From assembly GCF_000412635.1 (NCBI RefSeq), contig NZ_ASTG01000006.1, forward strand, positions 3,254 to 35,253: a DNA stretch of 32,000 nucleotides, in the 5' to 3' direction. Below are positions 17,846-27,388 of this stretch, one piece after another. How positions within the stretch are numbered: position 1 is the first letter of the stretch; each line of letters begins with the position of its first letter. The notes below the pieces were generated by a model. The model had not been told where the DNA came from, made no database searches, and saw only the letters and a list, made by a program, of their open reading frames with translations. The position numbers were made by a program, and so were the translations under genes. This DNA is from Sphingobium bisphenolivorans. Its GTDB lineage: Bacteria > Pseudomonadota > Alphaproteobacteria > Sphingomonadales > Sphingomonadaceae.

Positions 17846-17865
17846 ACATAAACTTTTCTTTATGT
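17846..17865. promoter_or_regulatory. Palindromic candidate operator upstream of metK
   Basis: ACATAAA-CTTTTC-TTTATGT, perfect 7-bp arms, 34 bp before the metK ATG. Confidence 0.5.
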
Positions 17866-17898
17866 CGCTTGTCCGCACTGCGTGCTAACGGGAGTCCC

Positions 17899-19104
17899 AT
17901 GCGCAACAATTATCTCTTCACCTCGGAATCAGTGTCCGAAGGCCATCCCGACAAGGTCGCTGACCAGATCTCCGACGCCATCGTCGACCTGTTCCTTTCG
18001 AAGGATCCCGAAGCGCGCATCGCGTGCGAAACGCTGACCACGACTCAACTCGTCGTCCTCGCCGGCGAAATCCGCTGCAAGGGCGTCTATGAAAATGATG
18101 CCTGGGCTCCCGGTGCCCAGGAAGAGATCGAACGCACCGTCCGCGAAACGGTGAAGCGCATCGGCTATGAGCAGGACGGCTTCCATTGGGAAAGCTTCCG
18201 CTTCGAAAACAATCTTCACGGGCAGTCCGCGCACATCGCGCAGGGCGTCGACGCCGCTGGCAACAAGGATGAAGGCGCTGGCGACCAGGGCATCATGTTC
18301 GGCTTCGCCTGCGACGAAACCCCCGACCTCATGCCCGCCACGCTCGACTACAGCCACAAGATCCTGGCGAAGATGGCCGCCGACCGCCACTCCGGCCGCG
18401 CCCCCTTCCTTGAGCCGGACGCCAAGAGCCAGGTCACGCTGCGCTTCGAAAACGGCAAGCCTGCCGCCGCCACCGCCATTGTTGTCTCGACCCAGCACGC
18501 GCCCGGCTATGATCAGGGCGATAAGGAAGCCGAACTCAAAAACTATGTGAAGGGCGTCGTCGCCGAGGTTCTTCCCGGCGAACTGCTCTCGGCCGAGACG
18601 GTGTACCACATCAACCCGACCGGCAGCTTCGAAATCGGCGGCCCCGATGGCGATGCTGGCCTCACCGGCCGCAAGATCATCGTGGACACCTATGGCGGCG
18701 CTTCGCCCCATGGCGGTGGGGCCTTCTCGGGCAAGGACCCGACTAAGGTCGATCGCTCCGCCGCCTATATCACCCGCTACCTGGCGAAAAACATCGTCGC
18801 CGCCGGCCTCGCCCGCCGCTGCACGATTCAGCTCGCCTATGCGATTGGCGTTTCGGAACCTTTGTCGCTTTATGTCGACACCCATGGCACCGGAACAGTC
18901 GCCGATGACCGCATCGAAAATGCGATCAAGGGCATCACCGAGTTGGGAGGCCTTACCCCGCGCGGTATCCGCACGCATCTTGGCCTCAACAAGCCGATCT
19001 ACCAGCCGTCGGCGGCCTATGGCCACTTTGGTCGCAAGGCGGAAGGCGACTTCTTCCCCTGGGAGCGCACTGATCTGGTGGAAAAGCTCAAGGCCGCCCT
19101 TTAA
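17899..19104 (+). CDS. metK: S-adenosylmethionine synthetase
   Basis: [30 protein letters not shown]..., [30 protein letters not shown], full-length family motifs. Confidence 0.98.
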   Translation: MRNNYLFTSESVSEGHPDKVADQISDAIVDLFLSKDPEARIACETLTTTQLVVLAGEIRCKGVYENDAWAPGAQEEIERTVRETVKRIGYEQDGFHWESFRFENNLHGQSAHIAQGVDAAGNKDEGAGDQGIMFGFACDETPDLMPATLDYSHKILAKMAADRHSGRAPFLEPDAKSQVTLRFENGKPAAATAIVVSTQHAPGYDQGDKEAELKNYVKGVVAEVLPGELLSAETVYHINPTGSFEIGGPDGDAGLTGRKIIVDTYGGASPHGGGAFSGKDPTKVDRSAAYITRYLAKNIVAAGLARRCTIQLAYAIGVSEPLSLYVDTHGTGTVADDRIENAIKGITELGGLTPRGIRTHLGLNKPIYQPSAAYGHFGRKAEGDFFPWERTDLVEKLKAAL

Positions 19105-19121
19105 ACTTTTTTCCGTTATCG

Positions 19122-19157
19122 AAGAAGGGCGCGAAACCTGTGTTTCGCGCCCTTCTT
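19122..19157. terminator. Strong hairpin terminator after metK
   Basis: AAGAAGGGCGCGAAAC-CTGT-GTTTCGCGCCCTTCTT, perfect 16-bp stem with 4-nt loop; no long T tract. Confidence 0.7.
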
Positions 19158-19191
19158 AGTTGCTTGACTTCCCCTTTTTCGTTTCCTATGC

Positions 19192-19206
19192 GTTCTCCAT
19201 CCGTTC
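19192..19206 (+). promoter_or_regulatory. LexA box (GTTC-N7-GTTC) upstream of lexA
   Basis: GTTCTCCATCCGTTC matches the alphaproteobacterial SOS-box direct repeat, ending 16 bp before the lexA ATG (19223). Confidence 0.75.
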
Positions 19207-19222
19207 CAAGGAGGGCACGCAG

Positions 19223-19894
19223 ATGTTGACACCCAAGCAACAGGAATTGCTCAGCTTCATTCAGATCCGGTTGGAGGAAGACGGCGTGTCTCCTTCCTTC
19301 GAGGAGATGAAGGAAGCGCTCGACCTGCGTTCCAAGTCCGGCATTCATCGGCTTATCAACGCACTGGAGGAACGCGGCTTCATCCGGCGGCTCGCCAATC
19401 GCGCTCGTGCGCTGGAGGTGCTCAAGCTTCCCGAAGCCATGCATCGCGCGCCAAAGGCGGTAGCTTCGTCAAAGCCGCAACTGCCCGCCAGCCCTCCTAT
19501 GGCGGCTAATGACGTCGTTGAAATCCCGCTCCATGGACGCATCGCCGCAGGCGTGCCGATCGAAGCGCTGGAGGGGCAGAATATGCTCTCGGTGCCCGCC
19601 GCGCTGCTTGGAGCCGGCGATCATTATGCTCTCGAGGTCGCCGGAGACTCGATGATTGAAGCAGGCATATTGGACGGCGATTTTGCATTGATCCAACGCA
19701 CCGAGGTCGCGCGCGAGGGGGAGATCGTCGTGGCGCTTGTCGAGGAAAGCGAGGCGACGCTCAAATATTTCCGCCGGGAAGGGCCAAAAGTCCGGCTCGA
19801 TCCGGCCAACAGCGCCTATGAGGCGCAGATCTACGATCCGCGTCAGGTTCGCATTCAGGGCCGATTGGCTGGGCTGTTGCGGCGATATAACTGA
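19223..19894 (+). CDS. lexA: SOS regulator LexA
   Basis: [57 protein letters not shown]...; [12 protein letters not shown] cleavage site, [15 protein letters not shown] and [13 protein letters not shown] catalytic motifs. Confidence 0.97.
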   Translation: MLTPKQQELLSFIQIRLEEDGVSPSFEEMKEALDLRSKSGIHRLINALEERGFIRRLANRARALEVLKLPEAMHRAPKAVASSKPQLPASPPMAANDVVEIPLHGRIAAGVPIEALEGQNMLSVPAALLGAGDHYALEVAGDSMIEAGILDGDFALIQRTEVAREGEIVVALVEESEATLKYFRREGPKVRLDPANSAYEAQIYDPRQVRIQGRLAGLLRRYN

Positions 19895-22026
19895 CGATCG
19901 GTCGGCCGCGCCCTACTCGGTGGCGCGGCTATCCAGGGATGCTCGTCACCGACTGTCCTGACGGTGCGGACGCCAGGATCGTCGAGATAGATGGCGAGTC
20001 CGCCAGTATGATGGAGCAGCCACTTGTCTGCCTTCAGCCAACGGGGACGACAGCTGCGCGGAAGACGGCGGTCGCTGACCACAATGTCCGCGCCGGCACA
20101 ATCATGCGCCAGCCGTTGGGCGTCGACCATCGTGCTGGAACGGGTAACCAGCAGGCTCCACATCCGGTCCGGTCCTTTGAGGTGAACGGCGCACAGATCG
20201 ACCGAGCATCTCGCCTGCGACAGCGAAGCGATGGCTTCCAGGGCACCATCATATCCAGCGCTTTCGCCCATGCTGTCACGAATATAGTCGCCGGCACCCT
20301 CGCGAAGGATCGCCATGGCGCCGCTTTCCGTGCGTATCGCCACATGCCGGCCGTCGCCCGTGACGAGGATGGCGGGAGGCGCATTCAGCCCGATCATGAC
20401 CATCCCGGTCGCCACTGGCAGCAATCCCGCCCATCTCCATGCAGTCCGCCACAGCAGACACCATAATCCACCCATGACGATCAGACCGAAGCTCGCCGCC
20501 GATTGGATCGGCGCAGCCATTACCGCCCATGGGCTCGCGGAAATCGAATGAGCGATCCACAATAGCAGGTCCAGCGCGCGCGATGTCAGCCACCAGAACG
20601 GCGCGCCCAGTCCCAAGATGTCGAATAGCAATGCCGCCGCCTCCAACGGCATGACGACAAAAGTCGTGAGCGGTATCGCGACGAGGTTCGCCAGCGAGCC
20701 GAGCATCCCTGCCTTGTGGAAATGGAACAAAGCAATGGGAGCGAGGACCAGTTCCACCGCCAGACCGGTAGCAAGCATGACAGCAAGTGATCGGCCGGCC
20801 TTGCGCCATACCGCCTCGTCCCTGCCGCCGGCGAAGGCGCGAAAGCGCGGATGCTCGCTCAGCGATACCAGCGCGATCACGGCGGCAAAGCTCATCTGAA
20901 AACTTGGTCCAACCAAGGCCTCTGGCCATAGCAGCAAGACGACTAACGCTCCTGCCGCCACCAGCCTCAGCGTAAGGGCATCCCGGCCCAATGCCAGTCC
21001 GCCCAGGACCAGCAGTGCCGCGACGCAGGACCGGACCGTAGGCACCTCCGCGCCGGTCAGAAGCGTGTAGCCTATCCCCGCCAGGGCGCCGCCTGCCGCC
21101 GCGATCAGCATCAGTGGCCAATCGAGCGCAGCGCGACGGCTGAGTGCCATGCATCGCGTCAGGATGAACACGACGGCCGCGATCAGCGCCGTGACATGCA
21201 GGCCACTGATCGACAGCAGATGCGCCAGGCCGCTGCGCCGCATCGCGTCCGCATCCTCCAGCTCAATGCCGCCCTGATCCCCGGTCGCCAGAGCAGCCGC
21301 AATCCCCGCGCCCTGCCCTCCGGCCTGCTGAAGGATATGCGCAAAGAGGCGCGAACGCAGCGGAGGTTCCATCGTTGCCGGCTCCAGAACGGCAACGGGC
21401 TTGAGCGCCCGGCCTGTCGCGCCGATGCCTGAGAAATAGGCGCGCATCGCAAAGTCATATCCGCCGGGCAGGTTCGGTGGAGCAGGCGGCATCAGGCGCG
21501 CGCGGAACCTGATTACAGCCCCTTCTCCCACACCTCCAGGCATGTCGCCGTCCGCGATATTCACGCGAACCAGCCGGGGCAGGTCCGGCCTGCTGCGCGG
21601 TCGAACGAGAATGCGACTCATCCGCTGCGCCGGCACGCTATTGACCGCCTGAACCTCGCCCACCATCTCGACAAAGGCCGGTCGAGTGAGGGCAGGCTGT
21701 CCCCAAATGATCGCCTTGGTCCAGATCAAAAGGCAGCCGAAGGCCGCCAGAAACCCGCCGAGAATGAACAACCGCCGCAGCCTGCTGCCTGCCGGCAGCA
21801 GCAACGCCGCGCAGCACAGACCCACCATCGAAATACAAAAGGTAAGCCATTCCAAGCGATTAGGCAGAACCATCCAGGCGACTACGCCAAAACCGAGCGC
21901 TACCGGAACCCAGAGCGCCAGCTGCTCCCGCTCCTGCTCCAGCCATCCCTCCAATCGCGTAAAACAGGCCTGCATTCTCCGCTCCACATTCCCGGAAACG
22001 GAGGTTTGTCGTGGCTCAAAAGCCAT
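19855..22026 (-). CDS. comEC: ComEC/Rec2-family DNA uptake channel protein
   Basis: Competence-domain motifs: [84 protein letters not shown]; start at 22026 (MAFEP) or 21975 (MQACF), the rest of the 1076-aa ORF being antisense to gltX. Confidence 0.9.
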   Translation of the reverse strand: MAFEPRQTSVSGNVERRMQACFTRLEGWLEQEREQLALWVPVALGFGVVAWMVLPNRLEWLTFCISMVGLCCAALLLPAGSRLRRLFILGGFLAAFGCLLIWTKAIIWGQPALTRPAFVEMVGEVQAVNSVPAQRMSRILVRPRSRPDLPRLVRVNIADGDMPGGVGEGAVIRFRARLMPPAPPNLPGGYDFAMRAYFSGIGATGRALKPVAVLEPATMEPPLRSRLFAHILQQAGGQGAGIAAALATGDQGGIELEDADAMRRSGLAHLLSISGLHVTALIAAVVFILTRCMALSRRAALDWPLMLIAAAGGALAGIGYTLLTGAEVPTVRSCVAALLVLGGLALGRDALTLRLVAAGALVVLLLWPEALVGPSFQMSFAAVIALVSLSEHPRFRAFAGGRDEAVWRKAGRSLAVMLATGLAVELVLAPIALFHFHKAGMLGSLANLVAIPLTTFVVMPLEAAALLFDILGLGAPFWWLTSRALDLLLWIAHSISASPWAVMAAPIQSAASFGLIVMGGLWCLLWRTAWRWAGLLPVATGMVMIGLNAPPAILVTGDGRHVAIRTESGAMAILREGAGDYIRDSMGESAGYDGALEAIASLSQARCSVDLCAVHLKGPDRMWSLLVTRSSTMVDAQRLAHDCAGADIVVSDRRLPRSCRPRWLKADKWLLHHTGGLAIYLDDPGVRTVRTVGDEHPWIAAPPSRARPTDRQLYRRNSPANRP

Positions 22027-22062
22027 GCTAGGGGGCGCAGCGATCATGGATGGGCAGGACGA

Positions 22063-23517
22063 ATGTCGGGGAATGAAGCGGTGAGTGCGAAGGGTTCGGA
22101 CAGACAGGTAGTAACCCGTTTTGCGCCGTCGCCTACCGGTTTTCTTCATATCGGCGGCGCGCGGACTGCTCTTTTCAACTGGCTGTTCGCGCGGCACCAT
22201 GGCGGCAAGTTCCTGCTGCGCATCGAAGACACGGATCGTGCCCGTTCCACCGAAGAAGCAGTAGCTGCGATTTTCGACGGTCTGGAATGGCTCGGGCTGA
22301 TGGGTGATGAGCCAGCGATATTCCAGTTCGAGCGCACGCCCCGCCATGCCGAGGTTGCCCACCAGCTGTTGGCTGCCGGGCACGCTTATCGCTGCTACGC
22401 CACGCCTGAGGAACTCGCCGAACTGCGTGAACAGCAGCGGGCGGCCAAGCAGCCGATGCGCTATGATGGCCGCTGGCGCGACCGCGACCCCTCGGAAGCT
22501 CCGGCGGGCGCGCCCTTCGTGATCCGCCTGAAGGCGGCGCGCGAAGGTGAGACTGCCATCGAGGACGCGGTACAGGGCCGCGTGGTCGTGCAGAATGCAG
22601 AATTGGACGATATGATCCTGCTGCGTTCCGACGGCACCCCCACCTACATGCTGGCCGTGGTGGTCGATGATCACGACATGGGCATCACCCATGTGATACG
22701 TGGCGACGATCACCTCAACAACGCCTTTCGGCAGCTCGGCATCATCAAGGCGATGGGTTGGGAAGAGCCGGTCTACGCGCACATCCCGCTCATCCACGGT
22801 TCCGATGGCGCAAAGCTTTCCAAGCGCCATGGGGCGTTGGGTGTCGATGCCTATCGCGATGAAATGGGGATGCTGCCTGAAGCAGTGCTGAACTATCTCC
22901 TGCGCCTTGGCTGGGGTTATGGCGACGAGGAAATCATCGCTCGCGACAGGGCTGTCGAACTGTTCGACATCGGCGGCGTCGGCCGTTCCCCCTCGCGGTT
23001 CGACATCAAGAAGCTGGAGAACCTGAACGGCCATTATCTTCGTGAAGCCGACGATGCCCGCCTGGCGGAGCTGGTGGCCCCGCACCTAGCGGATCGCCTG
23101 GGACGGTCACTGCCGGACCACTGCTTGCCGCTCCTCGAACAGGCCATGCCGTCCCTGAAGCCCCGCGCGAAGACGCTTAATGAAATTGCGGAGGGGGCCG
23201 AATTCCTGTTCAAAAATTGCCCGCTCGATTTTGACGAAAAGGCTTCGGCTCTGCTAGACGAATCGGCGCGTGCGCTGCTGGGCAAGACAGCCGATGCTCT
23301 TGAGCCCGTTCAGTCCTGGACGGTCGAAGCAATCGAGGAAGCGATTCGCCGCGTGGCAGAGGATGCTGGATTGGGGCTGGGCAAGGTCGCACAGCCCCTG
23401 CGCGCGGCGCTGACCGGACGCACGGTTTCGCCGGGAATTTTTGACGTCCTTTTCCTGCTGGGGAAGGCGGAGAGCTTGGAACGACTGGACGCTGTAAGGC
23501 ACGCATCGGCCGGTTGA
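22063..23517 (+). CDS. gltX: Glutamyl-tRNA synthetase
   Basis: [44 protein letters not shown] and KLSKRHG motifs; start at ATG 22063 or GTG 22081. Confidence 0.97.
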   Translation: MSGNEAVSAKGSDRQVVTRFAPSPTGFLHIGGARTALFNWLFARHHGGKFLLRIEDTDRARSTEEAVAAIFDGLEWLGLMGDEPAIFQFERTPRHAEVAHQLLAAGHAYRCYATPEELAELREQQRAAKQPMRYDGRWRDRDPSEAPAGAPFVIRLKAAREGETAIEDAVQGRVVVQNAELDDMILLRSDGTPTYMLAVVVDDHDMGITHVIRGDDHLNNAFRQLGIIKAMGWEEPVYAHIPLIHGSDGAKLSKRHGALGVDAYRDEMGMLPEAVLNYLLRLGWGYGDEEIIARDRAVELFDIGGVGRSPSRFDIKKLENLNGHYLREADDARLAELVAPHLADRLGRSLPDHCLPLLEQAMPSLKPRAKTLNEIAEGAEFLFKNCPLDFDEKASALLDESARALLGKTADALEPVQSWTVEAIEEAIRRVAEDAGLGLGKVAQPLRAALTGRTVSPGIFDVLFLLGKAESLERLDAVRHASAG

Positions 23518-23535
23518 CGAATCAAGGAGAACGAG

Positions 23536-24822
23536 ATGTCGGATAATAATGCTACGTTGGCCGTGGGCGGCGAAGCGAAGGACTATGCGATCCTCAGCGG
23601 TTCTGTGGGACCGCAGGTCATCGACGTCCGCAAGCTTTACGCGAACACCGGGATGTTCACCTACGATCCGGGCTTCACCTCGACGGCCAGCTGCGACTCC
23701 GGCTTGACCTATATCGATGGCGATGCCGGCGTGCTGCTGCACCGCGGCTATCCGATCGACCAGCTCGCCGAGCAGTCGAGCTTCATGGAAGTGTCCTATC
23801 TCCTCCTGAACGGCGAGTTGCCCTCGAAGAAGGAACTGGAGGACTTCACCCGCACGATCAAGCGCCACACCATGGTGCATGAGCAGCTGACCACATTCTA
23901 CCGCGGCTTCCGTCGCGACGCGCACCCCATGGCGATCATGTGCGGCGTGGTCGGCGCGCTGTCAGCCTTCTACCATGACTCGACCGACATCAACGATCCG
24001 GAACAGCGCAAGATCGCGAGCCACCGTCTGATCGCCAAGATGCCGACGATTGCGGCAATGGCCTATAAATATTCGGTGGGTCAGCCGTTCGTCTATCCCC
24101 GCAACGACCTGTCCTACACCGCGAACTTCCTGAACATGACCTTCTCCGTCCCGGCGGAGGAATATGTCATCGATCCGGTCGTCGTCGATGCGATGGACAA
24201 GATTTTCACGCTGCATGCCGACCATGAGCAGAATGCCTCGACCTCGACCGTGCGCCTTGCAGGGTCTTCGGGCGCCAACCCCTTCGCATGCATCGCGGCG
24301 GGCATTGCCTGCCTCTGGGGTCCGGCGCATGGCGGTGCGAACGAAGCCGCGCTCAACATGCTTCGCGAGATCGGCACGGTCGACCGTATCCCGGAATATA
24401 TCGCCCGCGCCAAGAACAAGGACGATCCGTTCCGCCTGATGGGCTTCGGTCACCGCGTCTACAAGAATTACGATCCGCGCGCGACCGTCATGCAGAAGAC
24501 CGCCAAGGACGTTCTGGCGAAGCTCGGCGTCGACGATCCGATCTTCGACGTCGCCAAGGAACTGGAGCAGATCGCGCTCAACGATCCTTACTTCATCGAG
24601 AAGAAGCTCTACCCGAATGTCGACTTCTATTCCGGCGTGATCCTCTCGGCGATCGGTTTCCCGACCGAGATGTTCACCGTGCTCTTCGCCTTGGCTCGCA
24701 CCGTGGGTTGGGTCGCGCAGTGGAACGAAATGATTTCGGACCCAGCACAGAAGATCGGCCGCCCGCGCCAGCTCTACACCGGCCCGTCGCAGCGCGACTA
24801 TGTTCCGGTGGACAAGCGCTAA
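23536..24822 (+). CDS. gltA: Citrate synthase (type II)
   Basis: [54 protein letters not shown]..., [30 protein letters not shown]. Confidence 0.98.
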   Translation: MSDNNATLAVGGEAKDYAILSGSVGPQVIDVRKLYANTGMFTYDPGFTSTASCDSGLTYIDGDAGVLLHRGYPIDQLAEQSSFMEVSYLLLNGELPSKKELEDFTRTIKRHTMVHEQLTTFYRGFRRDAHPMAIMCGVVGALSAFYHDSTDINDPEQRKIASHRLIAKMPTIAAMAYKYSVGQPFVYPRNDLSYTANFLNMTFSVPAEEYVIDPVVVDAMDKIFTLHADHEQNASTSTVRLAGSSGANPFACIAAGIACLWGPAHGGANEAALNMLREIGTVDRIPEYIARAKNKDDPFRLMGFGHRVYKNYDPRATVMQKTAKDVLAKLGVDDPIFDVAKELEQIALNDPYFIEKKLYPNVDFYSGVILSAIGFPTEMFTVLFALARTVGWVAQWNEMISDPAQKIGRPRQLYTGPSQRDYVPVDKR

Positions 24823-24843
24823 GGGGCCCAGCCTCACAAAGCG

Positions 24844-24870
24844 AAACGGCGCCTATCGGGCGCCGTTTTT
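24844..24870. terminator. Bidirectional rho-independent terminator between convergent genes
   Basis: AAACGGCGCC-TATCG-GGCGCCGTTTTT, perfect 10-bp stem followed by a T run, between gltA (+) and the kinase-like gene (-). Confidence 0.85.
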
Positions 24871-24874
24871 CGTT

Positions 24875-26254
24875 TCAGCCGAGGGCGGGCAGCGAAAGGG
24901 TGAAGCGGGCGCCCCCACCCGGAGCCTCATCGACATGGATATCGCCACCCATCGCGCGAGCCAGGCGGCGGGAGATGAACAGCCCCAGGCCGCTGCCTCC
25001 CGGATCGTTGCGGCCGAGACGCTCGAACTTCGCAAACACACGTTCGCGGCTGTCGGCCGGCACCCCCTCGCCCTGGTCCAGCACCGCGATCCAGACCCGC
25101 TCTCGCTCGCGCCCGGTTTCCACGCGCACCTGAGAACCTTCGGGAGCATAGCGGATCGCGTTGCCGATCAGGTTCATCAGGATTTGCAAGGCTCGCCGGA
25201 ACTCCCCAACCGCTGGCGCGACGATGTCGGCGGCAGGCGTGATGACGGCAATATCCCGCTGCTGTGCCTTCACGACCAGCAAACCGGCAGCGCGCCGCCC
25301 GAGATCGGCAAGGTCGATCTCTTCGGCAATCACCGTGAAGTCGGGCCTGTCGATCGCCTGAAGATCCGCCAGATCGTCGATCAGCGCCATCAGATGCCGT
25401 CCTGCCGTTGCTATGTCGCCGGCATAACCCGCATAGTCGGGCCTCAACTCGCCATGGCCCTGCGCGCCGAGGAGATCGGCATTGGCGATGATCCGGCCCA
25501 GCGGTTGCCGCAGCGACCGGTCAAGCCTTTTGCTGAACTCGGCGGGATAGAGGACCGTCGGCTTGGGCAGCACCAGCGGCGCGGTCACGGCCCGCTCCAA
25601 CGGCAAGGCCGTGCCCCTATAGCCTAGCAGCTGCCCGCTGAGGTCAAACATGGGATAACCCGACAGGCGGTAGCTTTCCCCCTGCTTTCCGACCAGGCCC
25701 GCAAGCTGATCGTGGAAGGCGCGCCGCTGCGCAAAGCCGCGCAGGATGGCCAGATCGCCCTCGGCGTCGGGGTGCAATTCGAAATAGCTGGTAAAACGGC
25801 TGCCCGGCACCGGCGGCGACGCAGGCAGGGCACCTTCGCTGCCTGCCCCTTCCATCACCATCTGGAATCGAAGCTGGGTATCGATCTGCCACAGCCAGCC
25901 ATCCGCCAGCGACGCGATATCCGCTTCCCGCCGGGCAAGATCAAGGGTCGCGGTGACCGCCGTGCGCTCATGCCAGTCGATGACAGAGAGTTGCACAAGC
26001 TCATCATCCGCCCGCGCCCTTACCCACATCTCGATATCGCCGCTATCGCACGCCGCGACCACTGGGCGGGCGACAGGAACATGCAGATGCGCAACCAGTC
26101 TCGCTATGGCGGCCAGCTGCGGGATCGCAAGCCGTTCGCCCAAGTCGCCGCCCGCCTCCCGCTGCAAGGAAAGCAGCGGTTCGTCGGCGCTGAGCAGCCG
26201 CCCATCAAGTGCGACGGTCGCCCGAACGATGGCGGGAGGCGCCAGCATGTGCAT
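24875..26254 (-). CDS. PAS/HisKA/HATPase histidine-kinase-like protein lacking the H-box histidine (putative pseudo-kinase)
   Basis: PAS-like GWLWQIDTQLRF...LGYRGTA; H-box region reads EFSKRLDRSLRQPLGRIIANADLL (Arg at the His position, codon 25517-25519); N box NLIGNAIRYAPEG, G1 LDQGEGVP, G2 GGSGLGLFISRRLARAMGGDI retained. Confidence 0.85.
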   Translation of the reverse strand: MHMLAPPAIVRATVALDGRLLSADEPLLSLQREAGGDLGERLAIPQLAAIARLVAHLHVPVARPVVAACDSGDIEMWVRARADDELVQLSVIDWHERTAVTATLDLARREADIASLADGWLWQIDTQLRFQMVMEGAGSEGALPASPPVPGSRFTSYFELHPDAEGDLAILRGFAQRRAFHDQLAGLVGKQGESYRLSGYPMFDLSGQLLGYRGTALPLERAVTAPLVLPKPTVLYPAEFSKRLDRSLRQPLGRIIANADLLGAQGHGELRPDYAGYAGDIATAGRHLMALIDDLADLQAIDRPDFTVIAEEIDLADLGRRAAGLLVVKAQQRDIAVITPAADIVAPAVGEFRRALQILMNLIGNAIRYAPEGSQVRVETGRERERVWIAVLDQGEGVPADSRERVFAKFERLGRNDPGGSGLGLFISRRLARAMGGDIHVDEAPGGGARFTLSLPALG

Positions 26255-27348
26255 CAAACCATGGTCCGTCGCAGATGCTCCAGCTTGACCCGAAGCGCCG
26301 CTGGAGCGCGCAAGTTGCTGACCATCGCGTCGGCCTGGGCCTCGCTTATCTCCTGGTAGCGCGCCGCCTCTCCCACTATCCTCCCGTCGGAGAGGGTGGT
26401 ACGTACCGGCCGCAGCGCCACCAGCAGCCGCCGGTAATCGGCGTCCGATCCGCCCAGCGCGCGGCACAGCGCCGCCACCTGCGCGACGGAGCCCATCACC
26501 AGTATGTCGGCGACCTGCATGCACTCCATCCGCAGCCGCCGGCCCGCCAGTGCCGCGAACAGCAAAAAGCGGCGCTGCGCCAGGGCAGCGCCGATCAGAT
26601 CGGGCGCATCGGCCCTCTCCCCCAGCCTCTGCACGAGGCGGTCCGCCGCCGCGATCGGGCCAGCCTGCTCGTCATGCCGCCCCAGCATGGCCCAGCCCGC
26701 TTCTTCGAAGAGGGACAGCATCGCCTGCGCCTCCGCCGGATGGTCCTGCTGAGCGACAGCTGCCAGGCAAGCAGCTGCCGTCCAGACCAGTTCCGTATAA
26801 TGGGCGGCAGGAAGGTCGGGGTGCATGGCCTGGTGCTCACCTCCAGCCATCAGCCAGCGCGCCTCCGCCAGAGCCATGGCGGCCAACGCTTCATCCAGCG
26901 CCTGATCCCCGGCGGCGAACAAGGCCTCCGCCTCCGTTTCCCCCGGATGATCTTCTGGGCGGCCGGTCTGGCGCAGCATCAGGCTCACACCCGCGCGCAT
27001 CTGCATATGGGCCAGCAGAGCAGGCGAAAGAAGGGTCGGCTGTGCACATAACGCCGGCCAGCACAGCGGCTCTGGCCGGGCTGCCAGCAAAGCCGCACCC
27101 GCGGCGCTCGCCTCCAGGGAAAGCCGCAACCCGGTTTCGATGGCGGTGACGCATCCGCCAAGATGCCGCCGAGTCTCGACCAGCAAAACATCATTCCGCT
27201 CGCGCCCTTCCTCCGGAAAGAAGAACGCGAGATCAATGGCATGATCGATCGGCACGGCGGACATGCCGGGCCTGACTCGCGCCATCGGCCAGCTGTCCGC
27301 CATGCTCGGTCCGTTCAAGGGCGAAAAGGCGCTCATTGCGGCGACCAT
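26254..27348 (-). CDS. Hypothetical Ala/Leu-rich protein translationally coupled to the kinase-like gene
   Basis: 364-aa ORF; its TGA (26256-26254) overlaps the next gene's ATG at 26254. Confidence 0.75.
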   Translation of the reverse strand: MVAAMSAFSPLNGPSMADSWPMARVRPGMSAVPIDHAIDLAFFFPEEGRERNDVLLVETRRHLGGCVTAIETGLRLSLEASAAGAALLAARPEPLCWPALCAQPTLLSPALLAHMQMRAGVSLMLRQTGRPEDHPGETEAEALFAAGDQALDEALAAMALAEARWLMAGGEHQAMHPDLPAAHYTELVWTAAACLAAVAQQDHPAEAQAMLSLFEEAGWAMLGRHDEQAGPIAAADRLVQRLGERADAPDLIGAALAQRRFLLFAALAGRRLRMECMQVADILVMGSVAQVAALCRALGGSDADYRRLLVALRPVRTTLSDGRIVGEAARYQEISEAQADAMVSNLRAPAALRVKLEHLRRTMV

Positions 27349-27388
27349 AGCCGCACGTCGTTAAAATGCACTAAACCCTAAGCAGAAT

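Noticed and set aside
17841-17898. SAM riboswitch upstream of metK
   Set aside because: Only 58 bp between lnt and metK, and no SAM-I/II/SAH riboswitch core recognised; a protein operator is more plausible
16917-17909. 330-aa minus-strand ORF opposite lnt
   Set aside because: Shadow frame of the conserved nitrilase domain coding region
17929-19026. 365-aa minus-strand ORF opposite metK
   Set aside because: Mirror of a highly conserved gene; no ribosome-binding site or domain
22027-23085. N-terminal extension of the 1076-aa comEC ORF
   Set aside because: Lies antisense to gltX; the comEC start is far better placed at 22026 or 21975
23962-24837. 291-aa minus-strand ORF opposite gltA
   Set aside because: Shadow frame of citrate synthase
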